Shown piece after piece: positions 18,273 through 28,870 of a DNA stretch of 64,000 nucleotides. How positions within the stretch are numbered: position 1 is the first letter of the stretch; every line of letters begins with the position of its first letter. The position numbers were made by a program, and so were the translations under genes. The stretch is taken from IMG/VR virus record IMGVR_UViG_3300028909_000001, one strand, 5' to 3'. Below the pieces are notes generated by a model. The model was not told the DNA's origin and did not search any database. It worked only from the letters and a program-made list of their open reading frames with translations. The DNA is from a virus. Lineage: Duplodnaviria; Caudoviricetes.

Positions 18273-19438
18273 TATTTAGCAGACTCAGTCTTAAGTCTAG
18301 CAATAACTTCTTCCACTACTCTACCACCCCAGGAAGCAAATTTAGCATCAAGTTTAGCTTCTTCTGCCTGCTTCTCAATAGTAGTTTCATAATGAGCTAC
18401 CTTGTCAGCCAGTTCTTTAGCTTTCTTTTCAGCTGCATACTTCTCATTAGTCAAAGCATTAACCTTCTGTTCAAATGCAGCCTTGATTTGATTAGCTTGT
18501 TCTTCTTCCTGTGCCTGCTTCAAAAGAGCATAGAACGCTTGGGCACCGGCTTCTTCTGCCTGCTTAACTTGCTGTTCTTCTGCCTGTTTCTGGAGTTGAG
18601 CATCATTAACATTAGCTTGCTTAGTAACAGGTTTAGGAGCAACTACTTTATTCTCATTTTCTAGTTCAGCCGCAGCAGTAGCAATAAGAGCTTCGAAGTC
18701 TCTCCTACCCGCTTCCTTATAGATATTAGCATCTACACTAGCAGTCTTACTCTTCAAGAATTCACGAGCAAACTGTCTACCCAACTCAAAGCTAGCTTCC
18801 TTATCCAATTCAAGTTCTTCAGCATTCTTAATAGCCTTGTCATTACCTTTTTCCTGCTTAAATTCTTGAGGATTGTGTTCGGGATGACCTTCCTTATTCT
18901 TATTAACCTTCTCAGTCTCTTTACTAACAGAGACGTAATGTGTATCAGCAGAGGGTTTACCGGTAGCCTTACCAGCTTCACCTGACTTCTGCATCTCATT
19001 AATAGTATCTAACAATTGCTGACCTAACTGAGCCAACTTTTCATTAGCGCCAGATTCAGCAGCCATTTTCTTACCTTCATGTTGCATAATTGTAGTAGGA
19101 GCTTCTTCTTTAGCTACTTCAGCAGGCTTAGTATTAGGAACCGCACATTCTTCTTTCTTGGCTTCCTTGGCAATTTCCGCTACTTTTTCAGGTTCAGGAG
19201 TAGGAGTGGCTTCAGCATTCTTAATAGCCTTGTCATTACCCATCTCTTGTTTAAACTCTTGAGGATTATGTTCGGGGTGACCTTCTTTATTCTTGTCTAC
19301 CTTTTCATGTTCCTTGCTTACTTCTGTATAATGTGTATCAGCTCCAGGCTTACCTGTAGCTACTCCTGCAGTGGCTTCTTTCTTGATCATAGTATTAAGT
19401 TGTTCTAGAAAGGCTGCATTCTTAGTAATTTTACCCAT
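18272..19438 (-). CDS. Capsid scaffolding-like protein
   Basis: Charged coiled-coil with very many KxA motifs; internal ~50-aa duplication; upstream of the capsid gene. Confidence 0.6.
   Translation of the reverse strand: MGKITKNAAFLEQLNTMIKKEATAGVATGKPGADTHYTEVSKEHEKVDKNKEGHPEHNPQEFKQEMGNDKAIKNAEATPTPEPEKVAEIAKEAKKEECAVPNTKPAEVAKEEAPTTIMQHEGKKMAAESGANEKLAQLGQQLLDTINEMQKSGEAGKATGKPSADTHYVSVSKETEKVNKNKEGHPEHNPQEFKQEKGNDKAIKNAEELELDKEASFELGRQFAREFLKSKTASVDANIYKEAGRRDFEALIATAAAELENENKVVAPKPVTKQANVNDAQLQKQAEEQQVKQAEEAGAQAFYALLKQAQEEEQANQIKAAFEQKVNALTNEKYAAEKKAKELADKVAHYETTIEKQAEEAKLDAKFASWGGRVVEEVIARLKTESAK
18818..19372 (-). repeat. Two imperfect ~160-bp direct repeats in the scaffold gene (~18818-18980 and ~19211-19372)
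   Basis: Both encode ATGKP.ADTHY..VSKE.EKV.KNKEGHPEHNPQEFKQE.GNDKAIKNAE. Confidence 0.85.
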
Positions 19439-19480
19439 AATTATTATTGGTTAGTGGTTATTAGTTATTATCTAGCTTTA

Positions 19481-20281
19481 TTAGGAGGGACCTTGGGGAC
19501 CAGCTGGCATTGGAGGCATTGCACCAGGACCTCCTGGGGGTGCTCCGGCAGGACCTGCTCCGGCTGGACTTGGTCCACCACCTTGGCCACTAATTGCAGC
19601 TAAAAGACTTTGAATTATTTGTTGCTGTTCTTCAGGAGGCAAGCTTTGAAGCATCTGCATAATTTGTGCAGTTTCAGCATCAGCACCTGGAGCACCTTGG
19701 CTAGGATCACTACCAGGACCACTAGGACCACCAGGACTTGGAGGTGCACCAGCAGAAGGATCACTAGGAGGAGCACCGGCACCAGCATCAGGAGGTTGCT
19801 TAAACATTCCGGTACTATCATCTGAACCATGTGCTTGCTTCTCTCTATCAACAACATCAACTAAAAGTGAAACAGCTTCATCTTGACTTAGACCAGCTTG
19901 TTTAGCCATACCAATAAACCCTTCAGCATATTGGCTGAGTCTTGGGTCATTAGCGATGGCATTAACCTTAGACATAAATGCCAACTTAGTATTGGTGGCA
20001 TCTAGAGCAGTCTTGGTGAATTGCAAAGCTTGGGCAACATTAGCACCATTCATAAATGCTTCATTAAGAATACCATTTACATAACTAATCGAAGAAGCAT
20101 TCTTTTCCATTCCAGCATTCTTAAGTAAACTATCTACAATATCTAGTTTAGGAGCAGCTGCAGTTTTTGTTTGTCTACTAGCAATTTGAGAGGCCTTGTT
20201 TAGAAGGGCGGCAATGTTTTGTTGAGGTACACCATTAGCCAAAGCTTGCTTAGTGAACTCTTGGACGTATAAATTATTCAT
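19481..20281 (-). CDS. Putative internal virion protein, Pro/Gly-rich C-terminus
   Basis: Repeated helical units YVQEFTKQALANG / YVNGILNEAFMNG / YAEGFIGMAKQAG; KxA motifs. Confidence 0.6.
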   Translation of the reverse strand: MNNLYVQEFTKQALANGVPQQNIAALLNKASQIASRQTKTAAAPKLDIVDSLLKNAGMEKNASSISYVNGILNEAFMNGANVAQALQFTKTALDATNTKLAFMSKVNAIANDPRLSQYAEGFIGMAKQAGLSQDEAVSLLVDVVDREKQAHGSDDSTGMFKQPPDAGAGAPPSDPSAGAPPSPGGPSGPGSDPSQGAPGADAETAQIMQMLQSLPPEEQQQIIQSLLAAISGQGGGPSPAGAGPAGAPPGGPGAMPPMPAGPQGPS

Positions 20282-20344
20282 GATATCCTGTGTTGTTATA
20301 ATTATAATATGTTAAATTGATTAAATCGTCAACTATTTAGTATC

Positions 20345-21217
20345 TTAAGGACCGTGGTTTATAGCACCATTAATTACGTTAGTTTCATCTTGATTAGGCT
20401 TTGGTGCATTGAATGCTCCATCAGTTAAGGCAGACAAAGGACCATGACTACCACCAGGAGCACTAGAAGGTAATTCTTGTTGGCCTAATAGTTTAGCTAG
20501 TACATGTGGGTCAATTGAAGCACCACCTAATCCACCCAAACCAGCTCCAGTCAATCCACCTAGTAAAGCTCCACTACCTCTATGTTCTTTCCCACCAGCC
20601 ATAGCTCCTAAACTAGCTCCACCCAATCCACCACCTATAGCACCAGCAGCTTCAGGGTGTTGAGCTATTAATTGTTGTAATTGATGCATATCAAAGGCGT
20701 GCTTCAATAATTTAACAGCTAATAGAGGTTGTACTCCGTTAGTCAGTGCAGTCTTTATAAATCCTCTATCAAATGCTTCTTTGTTCATGTCTTTAAGTGC
20801 TTCAGGTTTAACTATCTCTTTAATTAGTTTCTTATCTTCTTGTTCATCTCCATGTCCGATACACTCAGGACATTTACCACATTCACAACTACCTCGCTTA
20901 ACATCAATACCGGTCATGTCTTTGAATTTTTCTGGAGAATAGTGCCCATTAATATTGTTGATGTTATTACGATATTCTTCATACCAGCCTGCTCGCTTTT
21001 CTTTATTCATCTGTTTCTTAATAGTTTTAAGTATTTCTGCTCTTTTAGGCAGTGATTTATCTATATGTCCTCTTCCCATAAAATGTTCTACAGAGCTTGG
21101 TTTCAGTTCGTGCGCAACTTCTTCTACTTTAGGATAGCCTTTACCACTAGCTTCACCCTTTTGAACTGCATGCACAAAATTAAAGAACTTTTCTTGTTTC
21201 TGACTAGTACTAGGCAT
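20345..21217 (-). CDS. DUF3008-like N-terminus + glycine-zipper putative virion protein
   Basis: MPSTSQKQEKFFNFVHAVQKG; AFDRGFIKTA; GAIGGGLGGASLGAMAGG. Confidence 0.55.
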   Translation of the reverse strand: MPSTSQKQEKFFNFVHAVQKGEASGKGYPKVEEVAHELKPSSVEHFMGRGHIDKSLPKRAEILKTIKKQMNKEKRAGWYEEYRNNINNINGHYSPEKFKDMTGIDVKRGSCECGKCPECIGHGDEQEDKKLIKEIVKPEALKDMNKEAFDRGFIKTALTNGVQPLLAVKLLKHAFDMHQLQQLIAQHPEAAGAIGGGLGGASLGAMAGGKEHRGSGALLGGLTGAGLGGLGGASIDPHVLAKLLGQQELPSSAPGGSHGPLSALTDGAFNAPKPNQDETNVINGAINHGP

Positions 21218-21258
21218 ATTGTTAATTGTAAGTGATATCTTTAATCATTTTAACTTAT

Positions 21259-21684
21259 TTATATATTATTACAAGCTGATAAATGTGTTAATATATCTTC
21301 TGCAACTTTATCAAACTCTTTTAGTATGGCAGAACCTTTATATCTTAGAACAATATAATTTAACTTTTGTAATCTACTATTTATCCTGGCATCACGAAAT
21401 CTTCTTTTAGCTCCTGAATGCCATCTATCTCCATCACAATAAATCAATACATTATTATCTAAAACAAAGTCAGGAACAGAAATATTCTTTATACTTACTT
21501 GAGATTTAAAGTTTATATTTTGTTTCTCCAACCATTCTCTCATCTTCTTCTCTATATCAGTTTCATGGTGATGGCTAGCTATGTAGAATAGAGAACCACA
21601 TTTTCTAGAACAGTAGTTTTTCCATCTACCTTTTAATACTTTACCACAATTTTTACATTTAAGTTCCATATTACTTCGATTCAT
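21259..21684 (-). CDS. Zn-finger + DUF559/Vsr-like PD-(D/E)xK endonuclease
   Basis: CKNCG..YCSRKC; VPDFVL..IYCDGDRWH; RDARINSRLQKLNYIVLRY. Confidence 0.75.
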   Translation of the reverse strand: MNRSNMELKCKNCGKVLKGRWKNYCSRKCGSLFYIASHHHETDIEKKMREWLEKQNINFKSQVSIKNISVPDFVLDNNVLIYCDGDRWHSGAKRRFRDARINSRLQKLNYIVLRYKGSAILKEFDKVAEDILTHLSACNNI

Positions 21685-23071
21685 GCCAGGCTAGGAATGA
21701 GGGTTGGAATAAGGCCCCACTTCTCATCTGCTTACTATATCTTACATTAGCTACTCGTCCTAAATAATCTTTAGGATTGTTGTATATATCTTTTCTAGTA
21801 GCATCAGTCAATCCACTCGCAACCTCACCTACTACTTTACTTTTAGGTGTTAAAGAATATTTAACTGCACCCACTCCTTTATTCTTCAATCTACCCTTAC
21901 CTTCAGAAAATCCTCTAGCATATACATCTCTTTCAATAAAGTTCTTCAATTTAAAAGGCTCATTATTTTTTCTAGACCAGGCTACCACACCCTCACTAGT
22001 CAACTTATTCTTACCTTTAGCTATATCCTGTATCTTCTTAACTACATTTTCTCTATCTAGATACGGTACTTCTTCAAATTTATCTTTAGGTAGGTGTTGT
22101 AGTATCTCTTGTATTTTAGCTCTTCTATTATCTGGGCCACCTTTAAATCCTACTATATCAAATATGGCAGCTTTAAGTTTTATCTTTTCCTTCTTCTGTG
22201 TATTTAATGACTTCTCAGTACTAGAATTAAGCAGCCCACCTAAAGTTTGTTCAGGTATAGCTTCACCATTTCTAATACCATATAGTTCACCTCTCAATAT
22301 AGTACCAACCAATTCATCTGGTATATCCAAGTCTTGTTTATCTAGTCCGAACATTTTAAGAGTATGTATTATAGGCCTCCCAGTCTTACTAACTCTATAA
22401 GATACTACATCTACACTATTTTTATTAAGTCTAAACAAGTTCGAAGCCCCACTCAATTTAGCTGAGATTAGATGTGTCTTAGATAGTTCTTTTAAGTCTG
22501 GATTAGTTAGAGACTTCATTTTTAATTTATTCAATGCTTCTGGATTCTTAATATACTTCTTAGCATTGGTAGGACTTGTATTTAATGCCAACCAGTTTTT
22601 ACCTTTAGTATTGATTAAGGAGAACTGTTCAGGAAACTTTCTATGTAATAAGGTGAAGTTAATCTTTTTAGGTTCAGCTTTAGTTACAATAGCACTGCCT
22701 GATTCATTGGTGGTTACTTTTCCAGCCCCATATCCACTTTTAATCTCTCCTCGAAAATCTGCATATTCTCTAGTATGTAAAGGTTGTTGGATAAATAACC
22801 TCTTCTCTCCAGGTTTAGGTAGTCCATGTTTAGATACAAAACTATGGAGTTCTTTATCTCCTAATCTAATATCATGGTGAAATCCAGCCTTCCTAGCATA
22901 ATGATTTTGAACAACGAACTTAAGCTTTTTATAGAGTGGAATATCTTTTACATTTCCATAGTTGTTTCTATCTTTAATTCCAGGAGCAAAATCAGCTAGC
23001 TTAGTATAAAGAGGAACTCCACCAAATTTGGTGGAGTTCTTTATTATATCTCTTAGTACTTCAAAACTCAT
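21671..23071 (-). CDS. LigD-type 3'-phosphoesterase domain fused to ATP-dependent DNA ligase
   Basis: FVVQNHYARKAGFHHDIRL...HTREYADFRGEIKSGYGAG (PE domain); AKLSG, LRGELY, IFDI, EGVV, KLK and C-terminal OB-fold. Confidence 0.8.
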   Translation of the reverse strand: MSFEVLRDIIKNSTKFGGVPLYTKLADFAPGIKDRNNYGNVKDIPLYKKLKFVVQNHYARKAGFHHDIRLGDKELHSFVSKHGLPKPGEKRLFIQQPLHTREYADFRGEIKSGYGAGKVTTNESGSAIVTKAEPKKINFTLLHRKFPEQFSLINTKGKNWLALNTSPTNAKKYIKNPEALNKLKMKSLTNPDLKELSKTHLISAKLSGASNLFRLNKNSVDVVSYRVSKTGRPIIHTLKMFGLDKQDLDIPDELVGTILRGELYGIRNGEAIPEQTLGGLLNSSTEKSLNTQKKEKIKLKAAIFDIVGFKGGPDNRRAKIQEILQHLPKDKFEEVPYLDRENVVKKIQDIAKGKNKLTSEGVVAWSRKNNEPFKLKNFIERDVYARGFSEGKGRLKNKGVGAVKYSLTPKSKVVGEVASGLTDATRKDIYNNPKDYLGRVANVRYSKQMRSGALFQPSFLAWHESK

Positions 23072-23214
23072 TTAATATATTGTTTAAGCCAACCAGCCCT
23101 CTTATTATATAGTTTGTTAGTGAAGTTATTATCTATACCTAATTCTGCAGCAGCTTTGAAGAAACCAGCTTTGAATGCTATTTTTATTTTATTTTCTTTA
23201 ACTGACTTATTCAT
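23068..23214 (-). CDS. Small 48-aa protein with AFKAGFFKAA motif (not in track)
   Basis: MNKSVKENKIKIAFKAGFFKAAAELG...KRAGWLKQYIK; ATGA overlap with the ligase start. Confidence 0.65.
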   Translation of the reverse strand: MNKSVKENKIKIAFKAGFFKAAAELGIDNNFTNKLYNKRAGWLKQYIK

Positions 23215-23219
23215 AGAGT

Positions 23220-23882
23220 TTAACCCATCCTTGCACCAATCATATCACCAAAAGGCAAAGCAGTGAGATAAGGATGTTCATTCTTCATTTTAAGTGCCCT
23301 ATGTTGTGATTCATTAGTAGTATTATTTGTAATATATTTGTTTATTGCACCACCCAAACCTCCGCCCAAACCTCCAACCAAACCTCCAACACCAGTACCA
23401 ATTAAGGCTCCTACTCCACCATTCATTAGCATTTCTTTTGTGTTTAGTATTTCGGGGTCAGGCCCAACGTGGCTACCTGCATATCCACCAATAGCAGCAC
23501 CAGCAAGACCACCTAATAGTGCCATAGGTTTTGCCCATTGTTTAGCACTATGCCATGTATTTTCACCCGTTGTCCTTGCCTTCATATCTTGCAAACTTTG
23601 ATTCATCCTTTTCCCTCGTTCATCTTTTTTACCTAAGAAACGGCTGGCGAACATTTCTGGGGTACCTAACAAACTAACATAAGGAACAGAACCTAACATC
23701 ATACCAGGAACTGATCTAGCTGGATTATCTACATATGTTTGCGCAGCTATAGCTTTTTGGGCAAAGTATCTACCTAACCCAGAAGATTCAGCTAATTTGA
23801 GTAGTTCTCCTGTCTGTAATAGATTTAATCCATTATCGATAGCAGCTTTAATGAAACCGTATTTAAAAGATTCTTCATTCAT
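23220..23882 (-). CDS. Glycine-zipper putative internal virion protein
   Basis: SFKYGFIKAA leader; two GxxxG hydrophobic stretches. Confidence 0.65.
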   Translation of the reverse strand: MNEESFKYGFIKAAIDNGLNLLQTGELLKLAESSGLGRYFAQKAIAAQTYVDNPARSVPGMMLGSVPYVSLLGTPEMFASRFLGKKDERGKRMNQSLQDMKARTTGENTWHSAKQWAKPMALLGGLAGAAIGGYAGSHVGPDPEILNTKEMLMNGGVGALIGTGVGGLVGGLGGGLGGAINKYITNNTTNESQHRALKMKNEHPYLTALPFGDMIGARMG

Positions 23883-23885
23883 AAC

Positions 23886-26444
23886 TTACTGATTCATTAA
23901 AATAGTATTAAGTAGAATATCATCAGTTAGCTTACCTTGTTCATTAATGTAGTTTAAACTAGCTAGCTGATACTCCGCATACTTCTTTGCAAATTCCAGG
24001 TCACATGCTTCTTTAGTAGGTTCTTGTTCTTCTCTCTTAATATTCCCACTACCACAAATTACAATCATTAGTCTTCTAACTACTGGACCTTCTTTCAAAC
24101 TATGCCCTTCCTCCAAACCTTTAACCGTCTTATCCAAATCATGAGGAGTATGAGTATGCAGGCTAGGATCAAATGTTTCAGAGTTTACAGCCTTATCATT
24201 ATCCAGCTTATTATAGATATGAGGTAAATGTGTCTTCATTCCTTCTACTCGCTCAGGCTTAACCTTATCATCAAACACATATCTACTAAAATCCTCAGGC
24301 TTTAAAACTATTCCATGATCTGCCAATGTCTTCAATACAGTACCTGGATCTAGTTTACGTAATGAATCTATGCTATTACTATCTATATTAGGAGTATGCT
24401 TAAGTTTATGTCCATGTTCCTTAATAAACTTATCCTTACTAGTAACTGGATTACCTTTAGTTACAGCATCCACATACTTTTCTAATTCTGCTAATTTCGT
24501 TAGTAATTCCCTTTTATCCGAAGCTTTCTTACTAATCATTAATTCATCAGGTATATAAATATCACTGTATAGATTAAGGAAGTGAGAGGGAGGAAGTGGT
24601 TTATAAGTTAAATCTGACGCTAGTTTGGATAAGCTCATACCAATCCTGTCAGCAGGTCTACGTACATAACTAATCTCAAACCATCTAGGGTCCGGAGTAT
24701 TAATCATTCGGCACATTTCACCCTCTTTATTAATTTCTCCTAAATGATTCTTAACGCAATCACATCTATCATTCTCTGTTTTAGCTCTATGACCACACCA
24801 AGAGCATAGGTCAGAGGCCATTTTTGCAGCCATACTCCAATTCGTATTACCTGTTCGTTCTTGCTCATCTAGAATATCTGCACATTTATCTCTATCCAAT
24901 CCTACTACTAATTCTATTCTACGCATCTTGTCATTATAAGCTGAAGCTTTTATAGTTCCATACTTAGGATCATTTGGTTTATTTTGATGATGCCTATGCA
25001 CAGCTCTTTTACTATCAGAGAAATAATGATGATTTTTGATACAATCCTTCTCTAAAAAGCAATCGCCGTTGCGATTGCTATTATGTACTTGGATGTCCAC
25101 TACATATGTATTATCTTCTTCAACTTCTAGATTATACTTTATTGTATCTTCTATTTCAGATAGTTCAACCAGTCCAACTTGTAATACTAAATGATTACTA
25201 CTAATCCAAGATCTACCTGCAAGATATTTTGGTTGTTTACTTGATGGAGCTAGTCGAAGAGTATATTGTAGTATTTTATTCGAATGACAACTCCCAACCC
25301 CTACAGTATAAATAACATGGTCAGTTTTTCCAAAGCATCCATTAGAGTGTTTATTCATTCCTTTATAAACATTCGAAGTTATACCACAAGAAGCCAATAA
25401 CCGATGTAAATCATAAGCTAGATTTCTAGAAGCTGTGGAGGCTGACATTGAACCTATATATCTGGCTGCTCCATTTGAATCAGGTCCTATAACATGTCCA
25501 TCACCATCAAAATAAGCAGCTAAGAACTTAAGTTTCCACTCAATAGATTGCTGGAATATTATAGGTGATAAGAATTTTATAGTGGAATGACAACCAAATA
25601 GTTTTAGGCATTGTTGGGCTTTTTCATAATTTTGGAACGAAAATCTTCTGCCATATTCACTAGTAAATGATTTTTGAATACTAGTTTCGGCCCCATTCAG
25701 TTTCTTTATAATAGATTGGATCTTATCAATACAAGGCTGATCCCCAACCGCCATAGTAAACAGGATTTTTGTATACTCACCACAATGACTTCTATCTTCT
25801 CTATATTCTTTCGCCAAACATCCTTCAGCTAAGTAATAACCAAACAAATAAGCATCATCTTCAGAAAATACTTCTTTTTTATCTTCATTATCTATATTAA
25901 TAGGAGTTAATACATAATCTCCAGGTTTAATCTCACTAGCTGGAATATAGGGGGCTTTGCTTATAATATCATCCAATACATCTTTGGGATTCACACCATC
26001 ATCTAATAATGAAGGACAGCGATGTTTAGTTCTAAAATCTACAGCTTTAATTACTTGTATAGGATGATTATCAGTGCATTCTATTCTATCACACAGACTA
26101 ACAATATCTAATGATACTTTAACTCCACTAAAATCATTTTCGTAGGTTTTTAGCACTTTTCTATATCTGCCTTTATGTGTAAGTACTAAATCTCCAACTT
26201 TTATATCTTCTATAGGTTTTATACCATTGATAGTTTGTACTGGTGCTCCTTTAAAGAAACATCCTGTACCTTCATATGATCCTACAGCAATTATATGCAA
26301 ATCCTCTTGATTTGGAGTCTTTTCGTACTTCAATAATGATTTAGCAGAAGCCCTCTTCTTTAACTCTTTGCCTGAGTCTTTTAAAAGCACCACACTTTCA
26401 CAATCAAAATCAAAGTCATTATTACCAGTAAATTTAAGAATCAT
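23886..26444 (-). CDS. Prohead (maturation) protease with LAGLIDADG intein
   Basis: Exteins G|SNRNGD, HRHHQN, WSM, CSWCG, FEISYVRRPAD, KLA: HK97/herpes-like serine protease pattern. Confidence 0.7.
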   Translation of the reverse strand: MILKFTGNNDFDFDCESVVLLKDSGKELKKRASAKSLLKYEKTPNQEDLHIIAVGSYEGTGCFFKGAPVQTINGIKPIEDIKVGDLVLTHKGRYRKVLKTYENDFSGVKVSLDIVSLCDRIECTDNHPIQVIKAVDFRTKHRCPSLLDDGVNPKDVLDDIISKAPYIPASEIKPGDYVLTPINIDNEDKKEVFSEDDAYLFGYYLAEGCLAKEYREDRSHCGEYTKILFTMAVGDQPCIDKIQSIIKKLNGAETSIQKSFTSEYGRRFSFQNYEKAQQCLKLFGCHSTIKFLSPIIFQQSIEWKLKFLAAYFDGDGHVIGPDSNGAARYIGSMSASTASRNLAYDLHRLLASCGITSNVYKGMNKHSNGCFGKTDHVIYTVGVGSCHSNKILQYTLRLAPSSKQPKYLAGRSWISSNHLVLQVGLVELSEIEDTIKYNLEVEEDNTYVVDIQVHNSNRNGDCFLEKDCIKNHHYFSDSKRAVHRHHQNKPNDPKYGTIKASAYNDKMRRIELVVGLDRDKCADILDEQERTGNTNWSMAAKMASDLCSWCGHRAKTENDRCDCVKNHLGEINKEGEMCRMINTPDPRWFEISYVRRPADRIGMSLSKLASDLTYKPLPPSHFLNLYSDIYIPDELMISKKASDKRELLTKLAELEKYVDAVTKGNPVTSKDKFIKEHGHKLKHTPNIDSNSIDSLRKLDPGTVLKTLADHGIVLKPEDFSRYVFDDKVKPERVEGMKTHLPHIYNKLDNDKAVNSETFDPSLHTHTPHDLDKTVKGLEEGHSLKEGPVVRRLMIVICGSGNIKREEQEPTKEACDLEFAKKYAEYQLASLNYINEQGKLTDDILLNTILMNQ
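25080..26261 (-). mobile_element. Intein (394 aa) with LAGLIDADG endonuclease
   Basis: CFFKGAPV...TDNHP...YLFGYYLAEG...FLAAYFDGDG...YNLEVEEDNTYVVDIQVHN|S. Confidence 0.92.
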
Positions 26445-26448
26445 GATA

Positions 26449-27072
26449 TTACTTTAAATTAGCTGCATTCTCTCTTACCGCATTAAGATTGTTAACATCG
26501 TTATATCTTTCATCTTGCAGCCCATATTCATGTAGCCCACTAGATAATCCATAACCTAAACCTGCACCTAACAAACCTTTAAATGATAACGTCTTTGTAG
26601 GATACTTGCCAAATTTGAGTTCTGGAGGAGCACCTTTATATTTGGCATACCAATGATCTGGATATTTTTCTGTATCTATTTGTTTTCTAGCATATTGTGA
26701 TAGTCCAGGTAACACTGCCCCTCCACCCAATGAACTTAGTCCTGGATGTCCTGCCACCCAATCTAAACCACTATGTATCATGCCTTTCTGTTCTGTAGGT
26801 TTAGGAGTAGAAGCAGGGTTAAGCAAATCACCTAACCCAGCAGAAGGATCATGTGATGCTTCTGGATCTAAATAATCTTTGGCAGCGCGCATACCTCCAC
26901 CAGTAACACCACCTAAAGCACCACCTAATAGCATACTCTTTAACAAACTTCTTTTCTTGTGTTCTTCTGGAGATAGTAGATTAGCAGCACCCATACCAAC
27001 TGCTCCAATTCCAGCACCTACACCTGCACTACTACCCAAACCTTTAAGTAAATCGATTGTTTGTTGGTCCAT
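26449..27072 (-). CDS. Glycine-zipper putative virion protein
   Basis: GVGAGIGAVGMGAA; LLGGALGGVTGGG; GLLGAGLGYG. Confidence 0.6.
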   Translation of the reverse strand: MDQQTIDLLKGLGSSAGVGAGIGAVGMGAANLLSPEEHKKRSLLKSMLLGGALGGVTGGGMRAAKDYLDPEASHDPSAGLGDLLNPASTPKPTEQKGMIHSGLDWVAGHPGLSSLGGGAVLPGLSQYARKQIDTEKYPDHWYAKYKGAPPELKFGKYPTKTLSFKGLLGAGLGYGLSSGLHEYGLQDERYNDVNNLNAVRENAANLK

Positions 27073-27076
27073 AAAA

Positions 27077-27442
27077 TTAAATTACAGTAATAAATTCATT
27101 GCTGAAGTTATCTGTGGTAGATCTCAATGTAGTTATAGCACTAGTAATTCTAGTAACCATTGTAGTTCTATATAAGTCTAGATTAGCCTCTACAGTAACA
27201 TCAAATGGTACAGTTCCTGAGAATGAAATACAGACTGGGAAATCGTTAGGGAAGTCATAGTAATTACTAGGCATAGTATACATTTGAGTTCCATTAGTAA
27301 AAGAGCCACCAAAATCTATACTAGGTTGCCCAAATTTCCTGACTAACAAATAATCTGTATCACTAATGCTTTCAGGATCAATAGTGAATAGAAACTTAAA
27401 GTTATCATTTACTATTTGTTGTTGTACTCTTAGTTTAGCCAT
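27077..27442 (-). CDS. Hypothetical protein
   Basis: 121 aa, operonic. Confidence 0.6.
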   Translation of the reverse strand: MAKLRVQQQIVNDNFKFLFTIDPESISDTDYLLVRKFGQPSIDFGGSFTNGTQMYTMPSNYYDFPNDFPVCISFSGTVPFDVTVEANLDLYRTTMVTRITSAITTLRSTTDNFSNEFITVI

Positions 27443-27478
27443 AAATTTGTTATATAGTTAAGAAGCACTCTTCTTTCA

Positions 27479-28870
27479 TTATTCCCCTGCTACTGGATTA
27501 GGAGGCGGTTGTAGTCCTCTTTGTAGTTGATGTTGCTTAAATAAACCTGTATTCGCCTTAATTAAGTCAGCTGCCTCAAATGGTGAAATGGCCTGACTCG
27601 CACCAGCTTGTCTAAGGAATGCTCTAGTAATTTCCTTCTCACTACTTAATTCTGGAGCAATTCTAAGCATTTGTTGGTAAGCATCTACTACATGATGAGT
27701 AGGAAACTTACTTATAATAGGATCAGTAGCTACAAGTTCTTGTAGTAATAATGCTCTATCCCTGTTCGCTTCAGGAGTATTAGTACTGGCACTCAATTCT
27801 GGTTTACCTTGTTTATCCTTATAACCTGAAAAGCTTTTAGTTATATTCATGAGGTCAATTGCAGACTTAATTCTACTATCAAACTCCTCCTCTACCGCAG
27901 CTTTCTTTTCAGCAATACAAGTCATAACCGGATCTTCAGGGTCAGCCTTGGCAATCTTACTTCTTTCTGCCTTGATAGATGCATCGACCTGGGCTAACAA
28001 AGAATCAGTATCTGCTATCTTTTCTATATCTTGTTTAAACAATCCTTTAAAATAACTCTGTTCAAAATTAAGGTTATAGGCTGCATCTTCTGACTTTACG
28101 GTAGCTTCTTTAAGATATGTTACACTATTAATAAACTTATCATATAGTTCAGTTTCATTACATAGTGCAGCTAATTTAATGTTGGAATCATGAACACCTC
28201 TTTCTTCTTTTAGATTAGAGGTTTTATATAACAAATCCAAATATCCATTACTAGCATTACCATACTTACTAAATACGCTAGTTTCAAATTCATGCCAGGC
28301 AGATCTACAATCATTACTCTCAGCGAATTTTCTAAGTATATTGCAGAAGTTTTTATTTACTTCAAATTCAGCATCTAATCTATCTGCTTCAGCATCATAG
28401 GCTTGTTTTTGTAATTTACTAATATATTTTACACTCTTATCATAAGCACCAGATTTACTTAATTCATTTTTACCTACATCTTCAGTAAGTATTAGTTTAG
28501 CATAAGCTTCTTTATAAGGTCCTGGCTCCAAATATCTTGCAAATTTAGGAGCAGTTTCTTGGATTTGAAAAGAAGAGAATAGTTCTGATTCCAATTCTGA
28601 GGCAGTCTTTTCTTTTCCGCTATATATATCTTCAGCAACTTTGGCTGCATCAACTATGGGAAAATCATCAGCTTTTGAGTCTGGATGCTTCTTAAAGTGA
28701 TCATAGTGCAAAGCTACATTAATAGCTTCACAACTACGCTTAATAAAGTTATGATTAAGTTCCAGTGATTTAGCAACCTTAGTAGCTGCTTCTTGAGGTG
28801 GAGTACCAGTATTTATCTCAGTAACTATCTCATGGACTGCAAATTTTACCAATTCTTCAGGTGTGCGCAT
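27479..28870 (-). CDS. Putative virion protein, KxA-rich
   Basis: 463 aa; KFA, KTA, KQA, KLA, KIA motifs. Confidence 0.6.
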   Translation of the reverse strand: MRTPEELVKFAVHEIVTEINTGTPPQEAATKVAKSLELNHNFIKRSCEAINVALHYDHFKKHPDSKADDFPIVDAAKVAEDIYSGKEKTASELESELFSSFQIQETAPKFARYLEPGPYKEAYAKLILTEDVGKNELSKSGAYDKSVKYISKLQKQAYDAEADRLDAEFEVNKNFCNILRKFAESNDCRSAWHEFETSVFSKYGNASNGYLDLLYKTSNLKEERGVHDSNIKLAALCNETELYDKFINSVTYLKEATVKSEDAAYNLNFEQSYFKGLFKQDIEKIADTDSLLAQVDASIKAERSKIAKADPEDPVMTCIAEKKAAVEEEFDSRIKSAIDLMNITKSFSGYKDKQGKPELSASTNTPEANRDRALLLQELVATDPIISKFPTHHVVDAYQQMLRIAPELSSEKEITRAFLRQAGASQAISPFEAADLIKANTGLFKQHQLQRGLQPPPNPVAGE

